Of a stretch of 64,000 nucleotides of DNA, positions 46,990 through 58,500 are shown piece after piece. The stretch's first letter is position 1; every line of letters begins with the position of its first letter. The position numbers and the translations under genes were made by a program. This stretch comes from Pseudomonadota bacterium (lineage in GTDB: Bacteria > Pseudomonadota > Gammaproteobacteria > Steroidobacterales > MnTg04): NCBI GenBank assembly GCA_022572885.1, contig JACZVC010000016.1, forward strand, positions 2,646 to 66,645, written 5' to 3'. Below the pieces are notes generated by a model, which did no database searches, had not been told where the DNA came from, and worked only from the letters and a program-made list of their open reading frames with translations.

Positions 46990-48159
46990 ATGAACCAGGC
47001 AAGCAAAAAAACAATTGAGTTGTGCCGGCAACTGGTGCGGCGGCCATCGCTGACGCCGGACGATGCCGGTTGCCAGGGCATAATATCGACTCGCCTGGAG
47101 CATCTTGGATTCAAGACAGAGCCGATGAACAACGGCGAGGTAAGCAATCTATGGGCAACCCGCGGCAATGGCGGGCCGCTTTTTTGTTTTGCCGGTCATA
47201 CCGACGTCGTTCCTCCGGGCGACCCGGGAAATTGGTCGACCGACCCTTACTCTGGCGAAATCAGGCACGGATTTTTATTTGGTCGTGGCAGCGCCGATAT
47301 GAAAGGCGCACTGGCGGCGATGGTGACTGCCACCGAAGCGTTCGTTGCGGAAAATCCGTCCCACCGGGGAACGATCGCGTTCTTGCTGACCAGCGACGAA
47401 GAAGGCCCAGCAATAGACGGTACAGCGAAGGTCATGGAAACATTGGTGGACAGAGGCATCGCCATCGATTATTGCCTGATCGGGGAGCCGTCGAGCCAGG
47501 AAAAACTGGCGGACAATATTCGCACCGGCCGGCGAGGATCGTTAACCGGGAAACTGACTGTCGTTGGCGAACAAGGTCATGTGGCCTATCCGGAACTGGC
47601 GCGCAACCCGATCCACCACGTCGCCCCGGTGCTGAGCGAACTGCTTGGCCTGGTATGGGACGACGGCAACAAGGACTTCCCGGCGACCAGTCTGCAGATT
47701 GTTGCCATTGACGCCGGCAGCGGCGCCAGCAACGTAATCCCCGGTCGATTGGAGCTGCTGTTCAACTTTCGTTACTCGCCGGAAACAAACCGGCAAAGCC
47801 TGGTTGCACTTTGTGAGGAGATCCTCGATCGCCACGGTTTGAATTACCAACTGGAATGGGAGCACGGCGGAGCGCCGTTCCACACCCGGGGCGGCAAACT
47901 CATTGAGGTCGTTTGCGAAGTTATCGAAAAAGAGACCGGGCGGGCGCCGCGGACATCCACCTGCGGCGGGACGTCGGACGGTCGTTTTATCGCGCCGCAT
48001 GGGGTCGAGGTCGTCGAGCTTGGCTTGCTCAACAAGTCGATCCACAAAGTCGATGAATGTACGCCGGTTGACGACCTCGAACGACTCAGCAATTTCTATC
48101 GCCAGATCCTCGAAAGAATTCTACTTGAGACCACGTTGAAGGACCTTCAGGCCCGATAA
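46990..48159 (+). CDS. dapE: Succinyl-diaminopimelate desuccinylase (M20 peptidase)
   Basis: 389 aa with LVRRPSLTPDDAGCQ, FAGHTDVVPPG, GRGSADMKG and the SDEEG metal-binding motif. Confidence 0.95.
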   Translation: MNQASKKTIELCRQLVRRPSLTPDDAGCQGIISTRLEHLGFKTEPMNNGEVSNLWATRGNGGPLFCFAGHTDVVPPGDPGNWSTDPYSGEIRHGFLFGRGSADMKGALAAMVTATEAFVAENPSHRGTIAFLLTSDEEGPAIDGTAKVMETLVDRGIAIDYCLIGEPSSQEKLADNIRTGRRGSLTGKLTVVGEQGHVAYPELARNPIHHVAPVLSELLGLVWDDGNKDFPATSLQIVAIDAGSGASNVIPGRLELLFNFRYSPETNRQSLVALCEEILDRHGLNYQLEWEHGGAPFHTRGGKLIEVVCEVIEKETGRAPRTSTCGGTSDGRFIAPHGVEVVELGLLNKSIHKVDECTPVDDLERLSNFYRQILERILLETTLKDLQAR

Positions 48160-48184
48160 AATTTGCCGCCACCGCCAAATTCGC

Positions 48185-49294
48185 TTATTCAAAATCCAAC
48201 GATATTCTGAGCTGAAAAATATTCGGCGTCTCATCGCCATTGATGCCGTTTTCAATATCCGCGCGGACATAATTGGCCATGAATCGCAGCTGCGGATTGA
48301 CGTAATAATTAACGCCCAGCGTAATATTCTTCTCTTCGCCGCCATTGAACACGCCGTCATCCAGATCGATGCTGCTGAAACGGATCCCGAACTCCCAGGC
48401 CCTGGTCGCCTTTGCCCGGCCGAAAGTCCCGTTTTTGTATGGCCGGAATTCGCCGCCTGGAAACCAGCTGAGGTGGGCGTAGTAACCGCTGAAACCCGGA
48501 TCGCCGATGCCCGCTGCCACCTGGTCCACGTCGACCGAGATGAATTCCGCCTGGGCCGACAAGCCGCCCCAACGGGCCGCCAGCTCGATGCCCAGGCTGG
48601 TCGATGAGCTGGCCTGGGTGATCGTGGTGTCAACCAGGCGCGCGCCGGCGACATGCGACTCGGGACGTACCCGGTATCGAAAGGTGTCGTCTTCGGTGCT
48701 CGGGGGTTCCAGCCACATAGCGGCCAGGCCGACATGATACAAAGTCGAATCGGTCTGGGTGTTCCAGGCCCCCCGGCTGGCAAAACCGATCCCCTGGTCG
48801 CCATTGATACTCTGGTTGGCTTCCTTCCCGAACAACATGGCTGACAGCGTCCAGTGCGGTATCGTGCGGTCCCAGCCGATCCCGATGCGTCTGCCCGGGG
48901 CAAAACCTGTCGGCGCCATCGCCCGTTCCATAAAAGGGATTAAATTGCTGCTGGTCAGCACGGCCAGGCTGAACGGCGGTCTTTTGTTGCCGATGGTCAA
49001 CGACCCCCAGTCCGCCGAATACTTTATCCAGGCATCCTTTATGTCTGAGTTACTGGCGAAATCGTACTCAGCCTTGTAGCTCCATTTCTCATCGATTTCG
49101 CCACTGACACCGAGACGAGCCCGACGCAATTCGGTACCGCTGTCCAACGCGGTGACATCTTCGTCGAAGATCGCTGCATCGACATGGACTCTGCCGAAAG
49201 CACTGACGGTCATTTCCCCTGCATGGCCGGCAACGGAAAACGCGCATAACATGACGATCCCGAACCATCTCGGGAAGCAAAACCCTTTGTTCAC
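48185..49294 (-). CDS. Phosphate-selective porin O/P (OprO/OprP) family outer membrane porin
   Basis: It has a signal peptide (VMLCAFSVAGHAGE). GRVHVDAAIFDED...LRRARLGVSGEIDEKWSYKAEYDFA is typical of the Porin_O_P family, and the C-terminus is an aromatic-type ending (RISLDFE). The start is GTG at 49294 with GAGGAT upstream. Confidence 0.85.
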   Translation of the reverse strand: MNKGFCFPRWFGIVMLCAFSVAGHAGEMTVSAFGRVHVDAAIFDEDVTALDSGTELRRARLGVSGEIDEKWSYKAEYDFASNSDIKDAWIKYSADWGSLTIGNKRPPFSLAVLTSSNLIPFMERAMAPTGFAPGRRIGIGWDRTIPHWTLSAMLFGKEANQSINGDQGIGFASRGAWNTQTDSTLYHVGLAAMWLEPPSTEDDTFRYRVRPESHVAGARLVDTTITQASSSTSLGIELAARWGGLSAQAEFISVDVDQVAAGIGDPGFSGYYAHLSWFPGGEFRPYKNGTFGRAKATRAWEFGIRFSSIDLDDGVFNGGEEKNITLGVNYYVNPQLRFMANYVRADIENGINGDETPNIFQLRISLDFE

Positions 49295-49405
49295 TCATTT
49301 ATCCTCAAAAGACAGTTCGTCTCGAACCGCGTTTCGGATGCGGAATGGGCGGCATTTTCTCCCAATACCGCAACAATTGCATCAGTATTTTCCGCAACCG
49401 GCAGC

Positions 49406-49900
49406 TTACCGAGTACTCGGGCGCAAGTTGTTAAAGGTCCCTGCCGCACCCAGAAAAAGGAGGGAAATCAATACCCATGCGGGCATGCTCAGGCCAGCAA
49501 AGCTCCAGTCCACGACCGCGCATTCGCCCGATCCTTCAAAGATCATCGACAAAGCCTGGGTTAACGGAAAGGCATCAAGAATGTATTCCAGGCCGGGGCC
49601 GCAGACAGGCACCTGATCGGGTGGCAGACTTTGCAGCCACAGGTGTCTGCTCGCCACCCCAATACCACTCCCCGCAACCACTACGATCATCGCGGCATAA
49701 ATTCTTTTTCCCAGGCGGCCAGGGTCATGGATTGCCGCGGCAAGAAAAACCAGGCCAACGCCGATCACCGCGAAGCGCTGGAAAGCGCACAGCGGACAAG
49801 GATTCAGGCCATCGACATACTGGCTGTAAAGGGCAAAAGCCATCATCGATAGGCAGGCTGAAAACCCCACCAGGTTTAGCAATCTCTGACTCACCGACAT
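49406..49900 (-). CDS. dsbB: Disulfide bond formation protein B
   Basis: 164 aa with 4 TM. The first periplasmic loop carries CxxC (NPCPLCAFQR) and a second Cys pair lies in loop 2. Confidence 0.9.
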   Translation of the reverse strand: MSVSQRLLNLVGFSACLSMMAFALYSQYVDGLNPCPLCAFQRFAVIGVGLVFLAAAIHDPGRLGKRIYAAMIVVVAGSGIGVASRHLWLQSLPPDQVPVCGPGLEYILDAFPLTQALSMIFEGSGECAVVDWSFAGLSMPAWVLISLLFLGAAGTFNNLRPSTR

Positions 49901-49907
49901 TCTCCAG

Positions 49908-50579
49908 TCAACCGGTAACCTTGTCGCGCAAATAAACCGGCAAGGCCTGCTCGGGTCTTAGCGGCTCCTGATGCCCAACCAGGGCAACCGCCAGCAGCGC
50001 TATTTCCGCGGCCCGCGGCAGGCAATCGGCATCTTCGCCGGCCAGTTTTTTGCGTACCGCGCCAAGCTCGGCGACATAGGCCGAAAAACCATTCCCCGCA
50101 CCATACCAGTCAGCTTCCTCGGGTACCTTGACATCCGCCGGAAGGTTGACCGATTCCTGCCCCACCAACTCGACCAGGTCCTGCTCAGCAGAAACCCGGT
50201 AGCTAGCCTGATAGACCTCTTGCATCCTTGCATCGGTCAACACCAGCACTTTGTCCCAACCATGTTTTTTGCCTGCTTGCAGTGCCAGCGCTGCCAGGTC
50301 GGATACGCCAAACACCGGGATATCCTGACTCAGCGCAAGGCCCTGTACCACGCCGGCCGCAATACGAACGCCGGTAAACCCACCCGGCCCACGACCGAAG
50401 GCCAGGTAGTCCAGCTGTTTTAGCTGGACGCCGGAGGCAGACAACAACTCGTCGATCATCGGCAGGATCAGCTCGTTGTGGCGGCGTGGCGCAACGACAT
50501 AACGATCGGTGATTTCCCCATCCAGCAGCAAAGCCGCCGAACAGGCTTCGGTCGCTGTATCGAGCGCAAGAATTTTCAC
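49908..50579 (-). CDS. tsaB: tRNA threonylcarbamoyladenosine biosynthesis protein TsaB (YeaZ)
   Basis: (V)KILALDTATEACSAALL and FGRGPGGFTGVRIA are present. The GTG start overlaps the helicase stop (GTGA). Confidence 0.92.
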   Translation of the reverse strand: MKILALDTATEACSAALLLDGEITDRYVVAPRRHNELILPMIDELLSASGVQLKQLDYLAFGRGPGGFTGVRIAAGVVQGLALSQDIPVFGVSDLAALALQAGKKHGWDKVLVLTDARMQEVYQASYRVSAEQDLVELVGQESVNLPADVKVPEEADWYGAGNGFSAYVAELGAVRKKLAGEDADCLPRAAEIALLAVALVGHQEPLRPEQALPVYLRDKVTG

Positions 50580-52483
50580 GATCCGGCTTCTCCTTCTGCC
50601 AGCAAATTAATGGCTCGTTCGATATCCTCGGTCACCGGCATATCGGGCAGACTTTTCAGGAACAGTTTACCGTATGGCTTGCTTTGCAATCGCGGATCCC
50701 CGAGCACCACGACGCCGGTGTCGGTTTCCGAGCGTATCAACCGGCCGACGCCTTGCTTGAGTGCGAGTACGGCCTGCGGTAATTGATGCTCGAAAAAAGC
50801 GTTGCCGCCCGCTTCGGTGATTGCCGCGATGCGTGCCCGCGTCAGCGGATCGTCCGGTGAGGCAAACGGCAGCTTGTCGATTAGCACCAGGCCGAGCGCC
50901 GGCCCGCGCACATCGACGCCTTCCCAGAAACTGGCCGCACCCAGCAACATCGCGTTGCCCTGGCGTCTGAATTCCTGCAGCAGCAGGTTACGCGGCATCT
51001 GGCCCTGGACGAGTACCGCCCGCTCAGGATTTTCTCCCCAGCGCTCCTCGAGCAACGCTGCCACCTCGCGTAATGCGCGGTGGCTGGTAAACAGGAAAAA
51101 GACCCCGCCGCGGCAAGCATCGATCAGCGGCAGACACTCCTCCAGCAATAACCTCGTAAACTGTGGATCAGCAGGAACTGGCAGGTCTTTTGGCATAAAA
51201 ATCAGAGTATTGTGCTGATAATCGAAAGGACTTTCCAATTTCAGGTCGCTGGCCTCTTCGAGCCCCAGCCGACCCTTGAGATGAGAAAAATCGTCACCGA
51301 CGGCCAGCGTCGCCGAGGTGAAAATCCAGCCGCAATCGAGGCTGTTTACGAAGCGCCCGAGGCTCTCCGACACATCGTACGGGGTCAGGTTCAGGCTAAA
51401 TCCACGCGCCGTGGTTTCCAGCCAGCGGATGCCTTTTTGATCGCTTTTGCGGATCGTCTCGATGCGTTCCAGCGAGACGACCAGCCGCTGATAGCACTGC
51501 GCCAGCCCCGGTGTTTTTTCCGCTATTTCATCCAGCTTCGCAATCAACTCGCCGAGCCTGTCATCGAGCCTGCCCAGTGCCAGTTCGCTTTCGGTATCCA
51601 GGTTTTCGTAATCGCTGCGTCCTTTTTGCAAAGTCAGGCGAAGATCGGCGAGCCGCGCAGGCAGGCCGTCGAGCAAGGATTCGGTTTCAGCATCGTGAAT
51701 CGCCGCCGCCAGTAATTCGGCGCGGGTATCGCGGGCGATATTTTCCAGTTGCCTGCTGCTGACGCTGAGCCCGAAAAACTGGCCGGCTATTTTTGGCAAC
51801 TGGTGCGCTTCATCGACGACCACCGCATCGACACCCGGCAACAATTCACCGAAGCCTTCTTCTTTCAACACCATGTCGGCCAGCAACAAGTGGTGATTGA
51901 CGATAACGATATCCGCGTCCATCGCCTCGCGTCTGGCCCTGGCCACGCAACAACCGGAATACACCGGGCACTCCTGGCCCAGGCAGTTCTCGCTGGTCGA
52001 GGTTACCTGCGGCCAGACCGGCGATTGCTCCGGCAAGCCGGACAATTCGGCAATGTCTCCGCTTTGGGTACTCAGCGCCCAGGCCCTGATTTGCTGCAAG
52101 TGGCGCCCCGGCCTGCCCCGCATGTCCTCCGCCAGGGACAAGCGGTGATGGCACAGGTAGTTGGCTCTTCCTTTGAGGATCGCCACTTTGACCGGCCGGC
52201 CGAGCGCGCGCGACAGTTCGGGCATGTCCTTGTCGAAAAGCTGGTCCTGCAGATTGCGCGTGCCGGTCGAAATAACGATGCGGATACCGGACAGCAGTGC
52301 GGGCACCAGGTAAGCGAAAGTCTTGCCGGTACCGGTGCCGGCTTCGACCAGCAGCCGTCCGCAGGAAGCCAGCGCAGCGCTGACCGCCATCGCCATTTCC
52401 TGTTGCGCCGGGCGCGGCGTGTAGCCTTCTATGGCATTCGACAACGGGCCATCGGCGGCAAAAATGTCGCTAAGATCCTGCAT
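50576..52483 (-). CDS. yoaA: DinG-family ATP-dependent DNA helicase, YoaA-like
   Basis: 635 aa with Walker A (EAGTGTGKTFAYL) and a DEAH box (VVVDEAHQL). A Cys cluster in the Fe-S insertion reads CHHR...CLGQECPVYSGCC. The N-terminus is alignable by eye to E. coli YoaA. Confidence 0.85.
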   Translation of the reverse strand: MQDLSDIFAADGPLSNAIEGYTPRPAQQEMAMAVSAALASCGRLLVEAGTGTGKTFAYLVPALLSGIRIVISTGTRNLQDQLFDKDMPELSRALGRPVKVAILKGRANYLCHHRLSLAEDMRGRPGRHLQQIRAWALSTQSGDIAELSGLPEQSPVWPQVTSTSENCLGQECPVYSGCCVARARREAMDADIVIVNHHLLLADMVLKEEGFGELLPGVDAVVVDEAHQLPKIAGQFFGLSVSSRQLENIARDTRAELLAAAIHDAETESLLDGLPARLADLRLTLQKGRSDYENLDTESELALGRLDDRLGELIAKLDEIAEKTPGLAQCYQRLVVSLERIETIRKSDQKGIRWLETTARGFSLNLTPYDVSESLGRFVNSLDCGWIFTSATLAVGDDFSHLKGRLGLEEASDLKLESPFDYQHNTLIFMPKDLPVPADPQFTRLLLEECLPLIDACRGGVFFLFTSHRALREVAALLEERWGENPERAVLVQGQMPRNLLLQEFRRQGNAMLLGAASFWEGVDVRGPALGLVLIDKLPFASPDDPLTRARIAAITEAGGNAFFEHQLPQAVLALKQGVGRLIRSETDTGVVVLGDPRLQSKPYGKLFLKSLPDMPVTEDIERAINLLAEGEAGS

Positions 52484-52593
52484 AAGTTTCTATGCGCATT
52501 CAAGCATCGCCTGTGAATCTGAACCAGTGGAATTTCCCAGCGATATATCTGCTTACAAATACTCGCGGATTGAATGATGCGGATTGACTGCTA

Positions 52594-55500
52594 TTAGCGC
52601 AAGCCGGTAGCGCTTTGTTTTAACCCTCGTTTCAGCCAGTCTTTCAGCGAATCCTGGTCGAGCTTGATGCGGAACTTGAGGTACGGCCCCTGCGCCGTGT
52701 AACGGGCTTCGGTGAAATCTGCGTCGTGGAAACCGATGATGTTGTAGCCGATGCTGAGCCAGGCGTTCTTCATCACCATGTGACCGATATCCGCGCCGAG
52801 GCCATATTTCACGACCTTCGACTTCCATGTATGCAGGACACTGGCATGCAGGCCCCAGTCCCATTGCGGGTCAATGTCCCGGCGCATGCCGATGCCAAGC
52901 AGATCGGTAAAGCCGGTGTAACCGGTATCCGAATAATTACTGCGCACGTATTTTGCGGCGTACTGGAACGAGAACTGGACATCCAATGCCGGCTTCCAGT
53001 TGGCATTGAAATTGTTGACGACTTTCCAGCTACGCTGGTCGATGCTGCCCAGGTGCTGTTCCTCGTAAATCAGATCGAGCCGGTCAAATATGATCCAGCG
53101 GCTCAAGTCGGGCCGGTAAGCCCAGTTCAGCCGCAGATCACTGGTCGTCGTGCGCCCGCCGGCGGTCGGTTTGTCGCTGAACAAATGCAGACCGACCGAG
53201 AAACCATGACCCGCGATTTCTTCCCGGTACAAGCCGCCGAGAATGCCGAACCGTTCGCCGCTGTCGGCGTTACGATATTCAACCCGTCCGGTCGCCGACC
53301 AGACTTCCGCCCGGTAGGTCGCGCCGGCCCAGGTCGCGACGAAGTCGTCATTGCTGCCGGAAGCCAGCGGGAAATCGCTTTGCAGCGGCTGCACGCTCGC
53401 GCCGGCGATGGTGTTGGCATGGTCAACGCCGAAATCCAGCAACAGCTTTTCGGTCAGTTGCACGCCCTGGGTCAGTCCCAGCGTCGCGAAAGTGCGCGGC
53501 CCGTACTCGCTCGACTGCTGGTTGAGCGTGCTGCTGAATTCAGCCTGGTTCCACGGCTTGGCCCTGATCCCGACGCGCGTCATGTCGGTTTCGATATCCG
53601 CACCTTTGGTAGTCTCATATTCGGTGAACACCGTGATGCTGTCGCGCAGCTTGAAATCGACGCCCAGCGTCTTGCGCTGCGGGAAATCGGCATTGGCGTC
53701 GTTATCAGAGAGGACGATTTCGGTCGAGCCGCGCAAGGTCACCCGCCGGTCCAGCACATCGATCGACCCGCCCAGGTAAAGCTGCTGCGAGTCCTGGGTG
53801 TTGCCGAGGGCGTCCTTGTCGGACGCGTCGATAAAGCCAATCGTCGCGCTCCGGTTGCTTTGCCGATAAGTCAGTTCGGTCAGAATCGCGTCCCGGGTAA
53901 CGCCGGACTGCAGGTTTTTCTGGCGGAACACATCGGCGGTCAGATCGAGATGCTCGTTGAGCTTGTAACGGCCGTCGAAACCGGTTTTCCGGGTGCCGCT
54001 TTCGCTGGCAAGCTGATGGCCCAGGCCGAATCCACTTTCCTGTTGGCGGAAATACGCGCGACCGGTAAGACCTGCGCTCTGGTGGCTCAACTCAGCCAGG
54101 TAAGCGTCGCCACCGACATCGATACCCGCACGGGTTCCATCGCTGCGCGCGACCTCCAGCTTCAGTTGGGTCGCTTCACCCATCTGCCAGCGCAGATCGA
54201 CGGCGCCGAGGTCGCCTTCGTTACCACTGTCGCCCTGGTGAATATAACTGGCGCCGATTTCGATCAGGCCATCCGCCGAGCGCAGTGATGCGCGCCCACC
54301 GCCGCTGGTGTCTGTACCATTTGCGTTGCGGCTTTCGTACTCGACGATGATGAATAACGGGTTAAAGAGTTCGTCTCGGCTCGGTACCGGTTTCTTGAAG
54401 TAGACCGTACCCGCCAGGTAGTCGATGTTGTAATCGAGATAGCGGGTCAGCGTTTTCGTGCTGATGATCTGTTCGCTGCGGAAACGATCGCGCACCACCA
54501 GCCTGATTTGTTCGCTGTTGAGCACGATGTCTGCCGCGCTGAGCCGGTACAGGCCCGAGGTCCCGTTACCCTGGATCTCGTCTTTGACAAAAATCTGATC
54601 GGTCCGCGCGGCAAACGCGCTGTAGGCGAGCGTGCGCCCGCGATACTCGGAGCGAACACCATTGAGACGGCGGTTGTAACGCGCCAGCTCGGTGACCGTC
54701 AGAGCGGTTTCGTAATCGCCGAACAAGGCATAGAACTGGTTTCTTTCCAGCTTGAGGTAGAGTTTTTCCTGGCTGGATGCTTCGTAGCCTTGCTCGGTGC
54801 TATCGCCGTACAGGGTATAGAACTGCCGCGGGTCGATGGTGCCGAACAATTTCCGGCGGGCTTCGTCTTTATCTTTTGCCGTGTCATAAGCCATCGTCAG
54901 CAGGTATTCACCCTTGATGCGGCCCTTGGCAAAGAATGCGATGCGGCCATCCTCATAGAAATCGTCTTCAATCCCGCTCAGGTCAGCGAGTTGTGCGTTG
55001 TCCTTGATGTCGTTGTAGCCCAGCGTGGTTTCGGCAAGACCGACCAGGATCCAGTCACGGATTTCCGGTTTGAGCCAGACGCGGATCTCTTGTTCGCGCT
55101 GGTCGGCGAATTTGAAATGCAACACCGCCTCACCGGAAACCGTCGTCGGCTCCAGTTCGATTAGCGCGACACCATCGTCGCCAACCGTGTAAACCGGCTC
55201 CCGCTCGCCGATGGCAACCAGCGGGTTTTCTTTGAGCGATTCCACTTCCCACCATGACCGGCGCGGCGGATTGACATAGAAATTTCCGATCGTGCGCGGT
55301 CGCGCGGGCTCGCCCCAGCGATCGTACATCTGTATGGCAATAACCGGGCGGGTCCGGCCATCGGCGATCAGCACCGATGCCTCGACCCGAACCTCGGCCC
55401 GCTGCGGCCCACCGGCGTAATGGATCTTGCGAGTCAGGCGTTTGACCTCATTGCCATTCTTATCACGGAACACAGCATCGAGTTCATTGCTGCCGTCGAT

Positions 55501-58500
55501 CAGGTTGATACCGCGCCAACGACTCAGGCTCACCGATTTGCTTGCCGTCGTCCGCGTGCCTTCAAAACTCAGAGCACTGATTTGCAAGCCGTTGACGAAC
55601 AGTTCGACGGTCTGCTGCGGGTCGTGTTTGACCGCAACCTTGAGGCTGGGGATCGGCGGCCGGTAGCCATCCTTCGGCCAGACCCAGCCGATGCCCGGCG
55701 CCAAGCTGTCAAGCAGTGCCGGGTCGTCGTATAGCGCATCGGGATCGGGCAACGACTCCTGCTTCCGCTGCTCGCCAGTCAGATACTCTTCGCGCGACGA
55801 CCGCTGGACGGTGTCCACAGCCAGGATACCGCTGCTGGCCTGGGTCACCTGCGCTTTTTCCGGGCTCAGCATTCTTTCACCCCAGACATGCAATTCGACC
55901 CGCCGGTTAACGCGTCTGTCCTCTGCGGTTCTTTCCACGACCAACGGCTGATCGGCGCCTTTGCCTTCGACGCTGATCTGATCCGGGGAAAGGCCCAGCT
56001 GGGCCGCAATGTAATCCGCGACGCTTCTCGCCCTCGCTTCTGAAAGCGCGTAATTGTCAGCGAACAAAAAACGGCTGCGCGCGGCAATTCTTGTATTGTC
56101 CGTGTGGCCAACGGAGCGCAGGTGGAGATTGGTCAAACCCTCCCAGTCGGCTACGACAATGTCGAGTTCAGCCTCGTCCTGCTCGCTCAAGATCGTTTCC
56201 AGTGTCGGAAAATGCGGAGTAAATATATAGTCAAACCGGTCCACTGAGGCTGGCGACAGTTGCAACCGGTTTTCTGCAACCGGCGTGCGTAATTTCTTTT
56301 CGAGCGGCGAGTCAAAATTGATCAACGCCTTGCTGATCAGTTCACCATCCAACTCGGGTCCGATCGCGGCGCGGAAACGGATCTCCTGCTGCCAGTCCTT
56401 GCCGTCGGGCAATGGGAAATTGAGCATGCGACCACTTTGCGCGTAATCGCTGACCGGCTGGCCGTCTATGCGGGCGGTCCCGGACACATAAGTGAGGCCT
56501 TCGGGCAACAGCACTATCACCCGGACATTGGTCACCGGCACATCGGTGACAGTCGCGCTCAGCCGGTAATCGACCTGGCGTTTTTGCGATAGCAATCGGC
56601 TGTCCATGCTGACGCTGACCTGTCCTTTCGCCGGTTCGAGTTCGCGCAGATAAAAATCGGCGCGCCACAACGAGCCTGGCTGCAACTCGACGAACTGCGT
56701 CGATTTGCTGCCGGCGAATCGAGTGTTGTCCTCACAGGCAATCAGTTCGACGTATGGCGGTATCGTGACGGTGTCAACCTGCACGACATGCGTGCCGGGT
56801 TTCAGTCCTTCGAAGTGGTAACGGCCATTCTCATCGGTGACCACGTAACGCCCGTCTTCCAGGTATATACGCACACCGCCGATGCCGGTTTCCTCATCAC
56901 CGGAATCGTTCTTGCAACTTCCAAGCAGGACTCGGCCGGCCAGTAAACTCTCACTGCCAAGCAGATCTTCGGCGATGTTCACGACCGCGGTGGCGGCATT
57001 GGACAGCAGGCCACCGTTGGTAGACGCCTGTGCCTGGTTGATCGCCTTGCCAAGTGGGGCCCCGGCCGCGACTTCGACGACATAGGCGATAGCGACGCTG
57101 CCAGCCGCCGGCAGCACGCCGATATCGATGGTCATCTGGCGTCCATCGGGACCGATCAGCGGGTCGGCGGCGGCGATGCCATCGATGGTCAGCGAGCCCG
57201 CCTGGTATTTGAAACCGACCGGCAGCTGATCGGTGATCACGGTGCCCGTCAGGTTCCCAAGCGCCGAGGTATTTTCCAGCACCAACTGGTACTGCACAAA
57301 ATCACCGATCGCGGCAACGCCGTTGCCGGTGGTTTTCTGCAGGAACAGCTCGGTGCTTAGCAGGTCCAGTGGCAGATCCACTGCGAAGCCTGGCTCCGGC
57401 CCGCTGGCGAGCACGTTGCCAAACGAACCCGGACCCAGCGCGTACGGTGCGCCCGGCAGTAATTGCAATTCGGCGATCGTCCGTGTCGAGGGCGCGACAA
57501 ACCCCGCCGACGGTATCACCTGAATCCGGTAATTCCCCGGCGGCACGACCGGGAAGCGGTATTCACCGCTGGCGAAATTGTAACTGGTGCCGCCGCTGTC
57601 GGTGACGGTACCGCCTGAAAGAACAGTCGACGGAAAAATACTGATGCCATCGTCGCCAAACACTTGTGCTGGCAAGCCGCTGGCATCGTCCAGCAGCGTA
57701 ATGCTGGCGCCGTCGATCGGCTGGCCGAGCTGCGAATCAAACACGCGACTGTATGGATCGACCCTGACGTTGTCGCCAGACTGGTCGCTGGCGTCCGCCG
57801 GATCGACATAGTCGGCAGAGACCTGGCCGCCGGCCGATAACTGGAGCACACAATCTCCCGGCACTGGATTTCCGGACGCGCTCTGCAGATAACCCGCGAA
57901 TACACCGCTGTCCACCGCGGTTTCGGTCAGCAGAATCTCTTCATTGTCACCAGCCGGAGAACCCTGCAAGATCACGCTCACCGTTTCCCGCACCAACGGG
58001 TCCAGGTTTTGATCCGCATCGGCGACCCGCACAAACACCGCTTCGCCGACGTGATACGAAAGACTGTCCACGACGGTTTGCGGCTGGTTCGGGTCGATGC
58101 TGATGCCACCGGTCAGCAACGGATCCGGCAACGCAACGAAGCCGGTACCCGATAAGTTACAAGACGCCGGCCCGATCGCCTCCACGAGCCCCGGGGCGCC
58201 AGGCAGCACCCGTGTCAGGTCGAGAATACTGGCGGTCCTGGGCACTACGGTGACAATTTCAACCAGATTGCTGATCACTGTTTCCGGCAGACCAGATGGA
58301 GCCTGATAATCGAGGGTTGCGAGGTTCGGAATAATCGTTCCGGGCGGGGTCTGAGCCACCGCCGGCAACGCCGAAAGCAGTCCCAATAAAAGCAAAAAAG
58401 CCCGGACCGGGCGAATTAGAGACGACGATTTTTTCGTCGGTTTCTGATCAGGTGGCGGTCTCCTCCCGGAACCTGAGCCCCGGTCTGAACGCAAGCCGGG

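Noticed and set aside
49295-49405. Possible Pho box upstream of the OprO/P-type porin
   Set aside because: Only a single CTGTC half-site is present (in ...GAACTGTCTTTTGAGG...), and it overlaps the SD region. There is no second direct repeat at the 11-bp spacing required for PhoB binding.
52726-54288. 520-aa plus-strand ORF and the 409-aa ORF at 58529-59758, both antisense to the DUF11 cluster genes
   Set aside because: The composition is again Arg/Gly/Asp/Val-biased without signal peptides or motifs. The minus-strand frames carry signal peptides, repeat-domain patterns, SD sequences and tight operon spacing.
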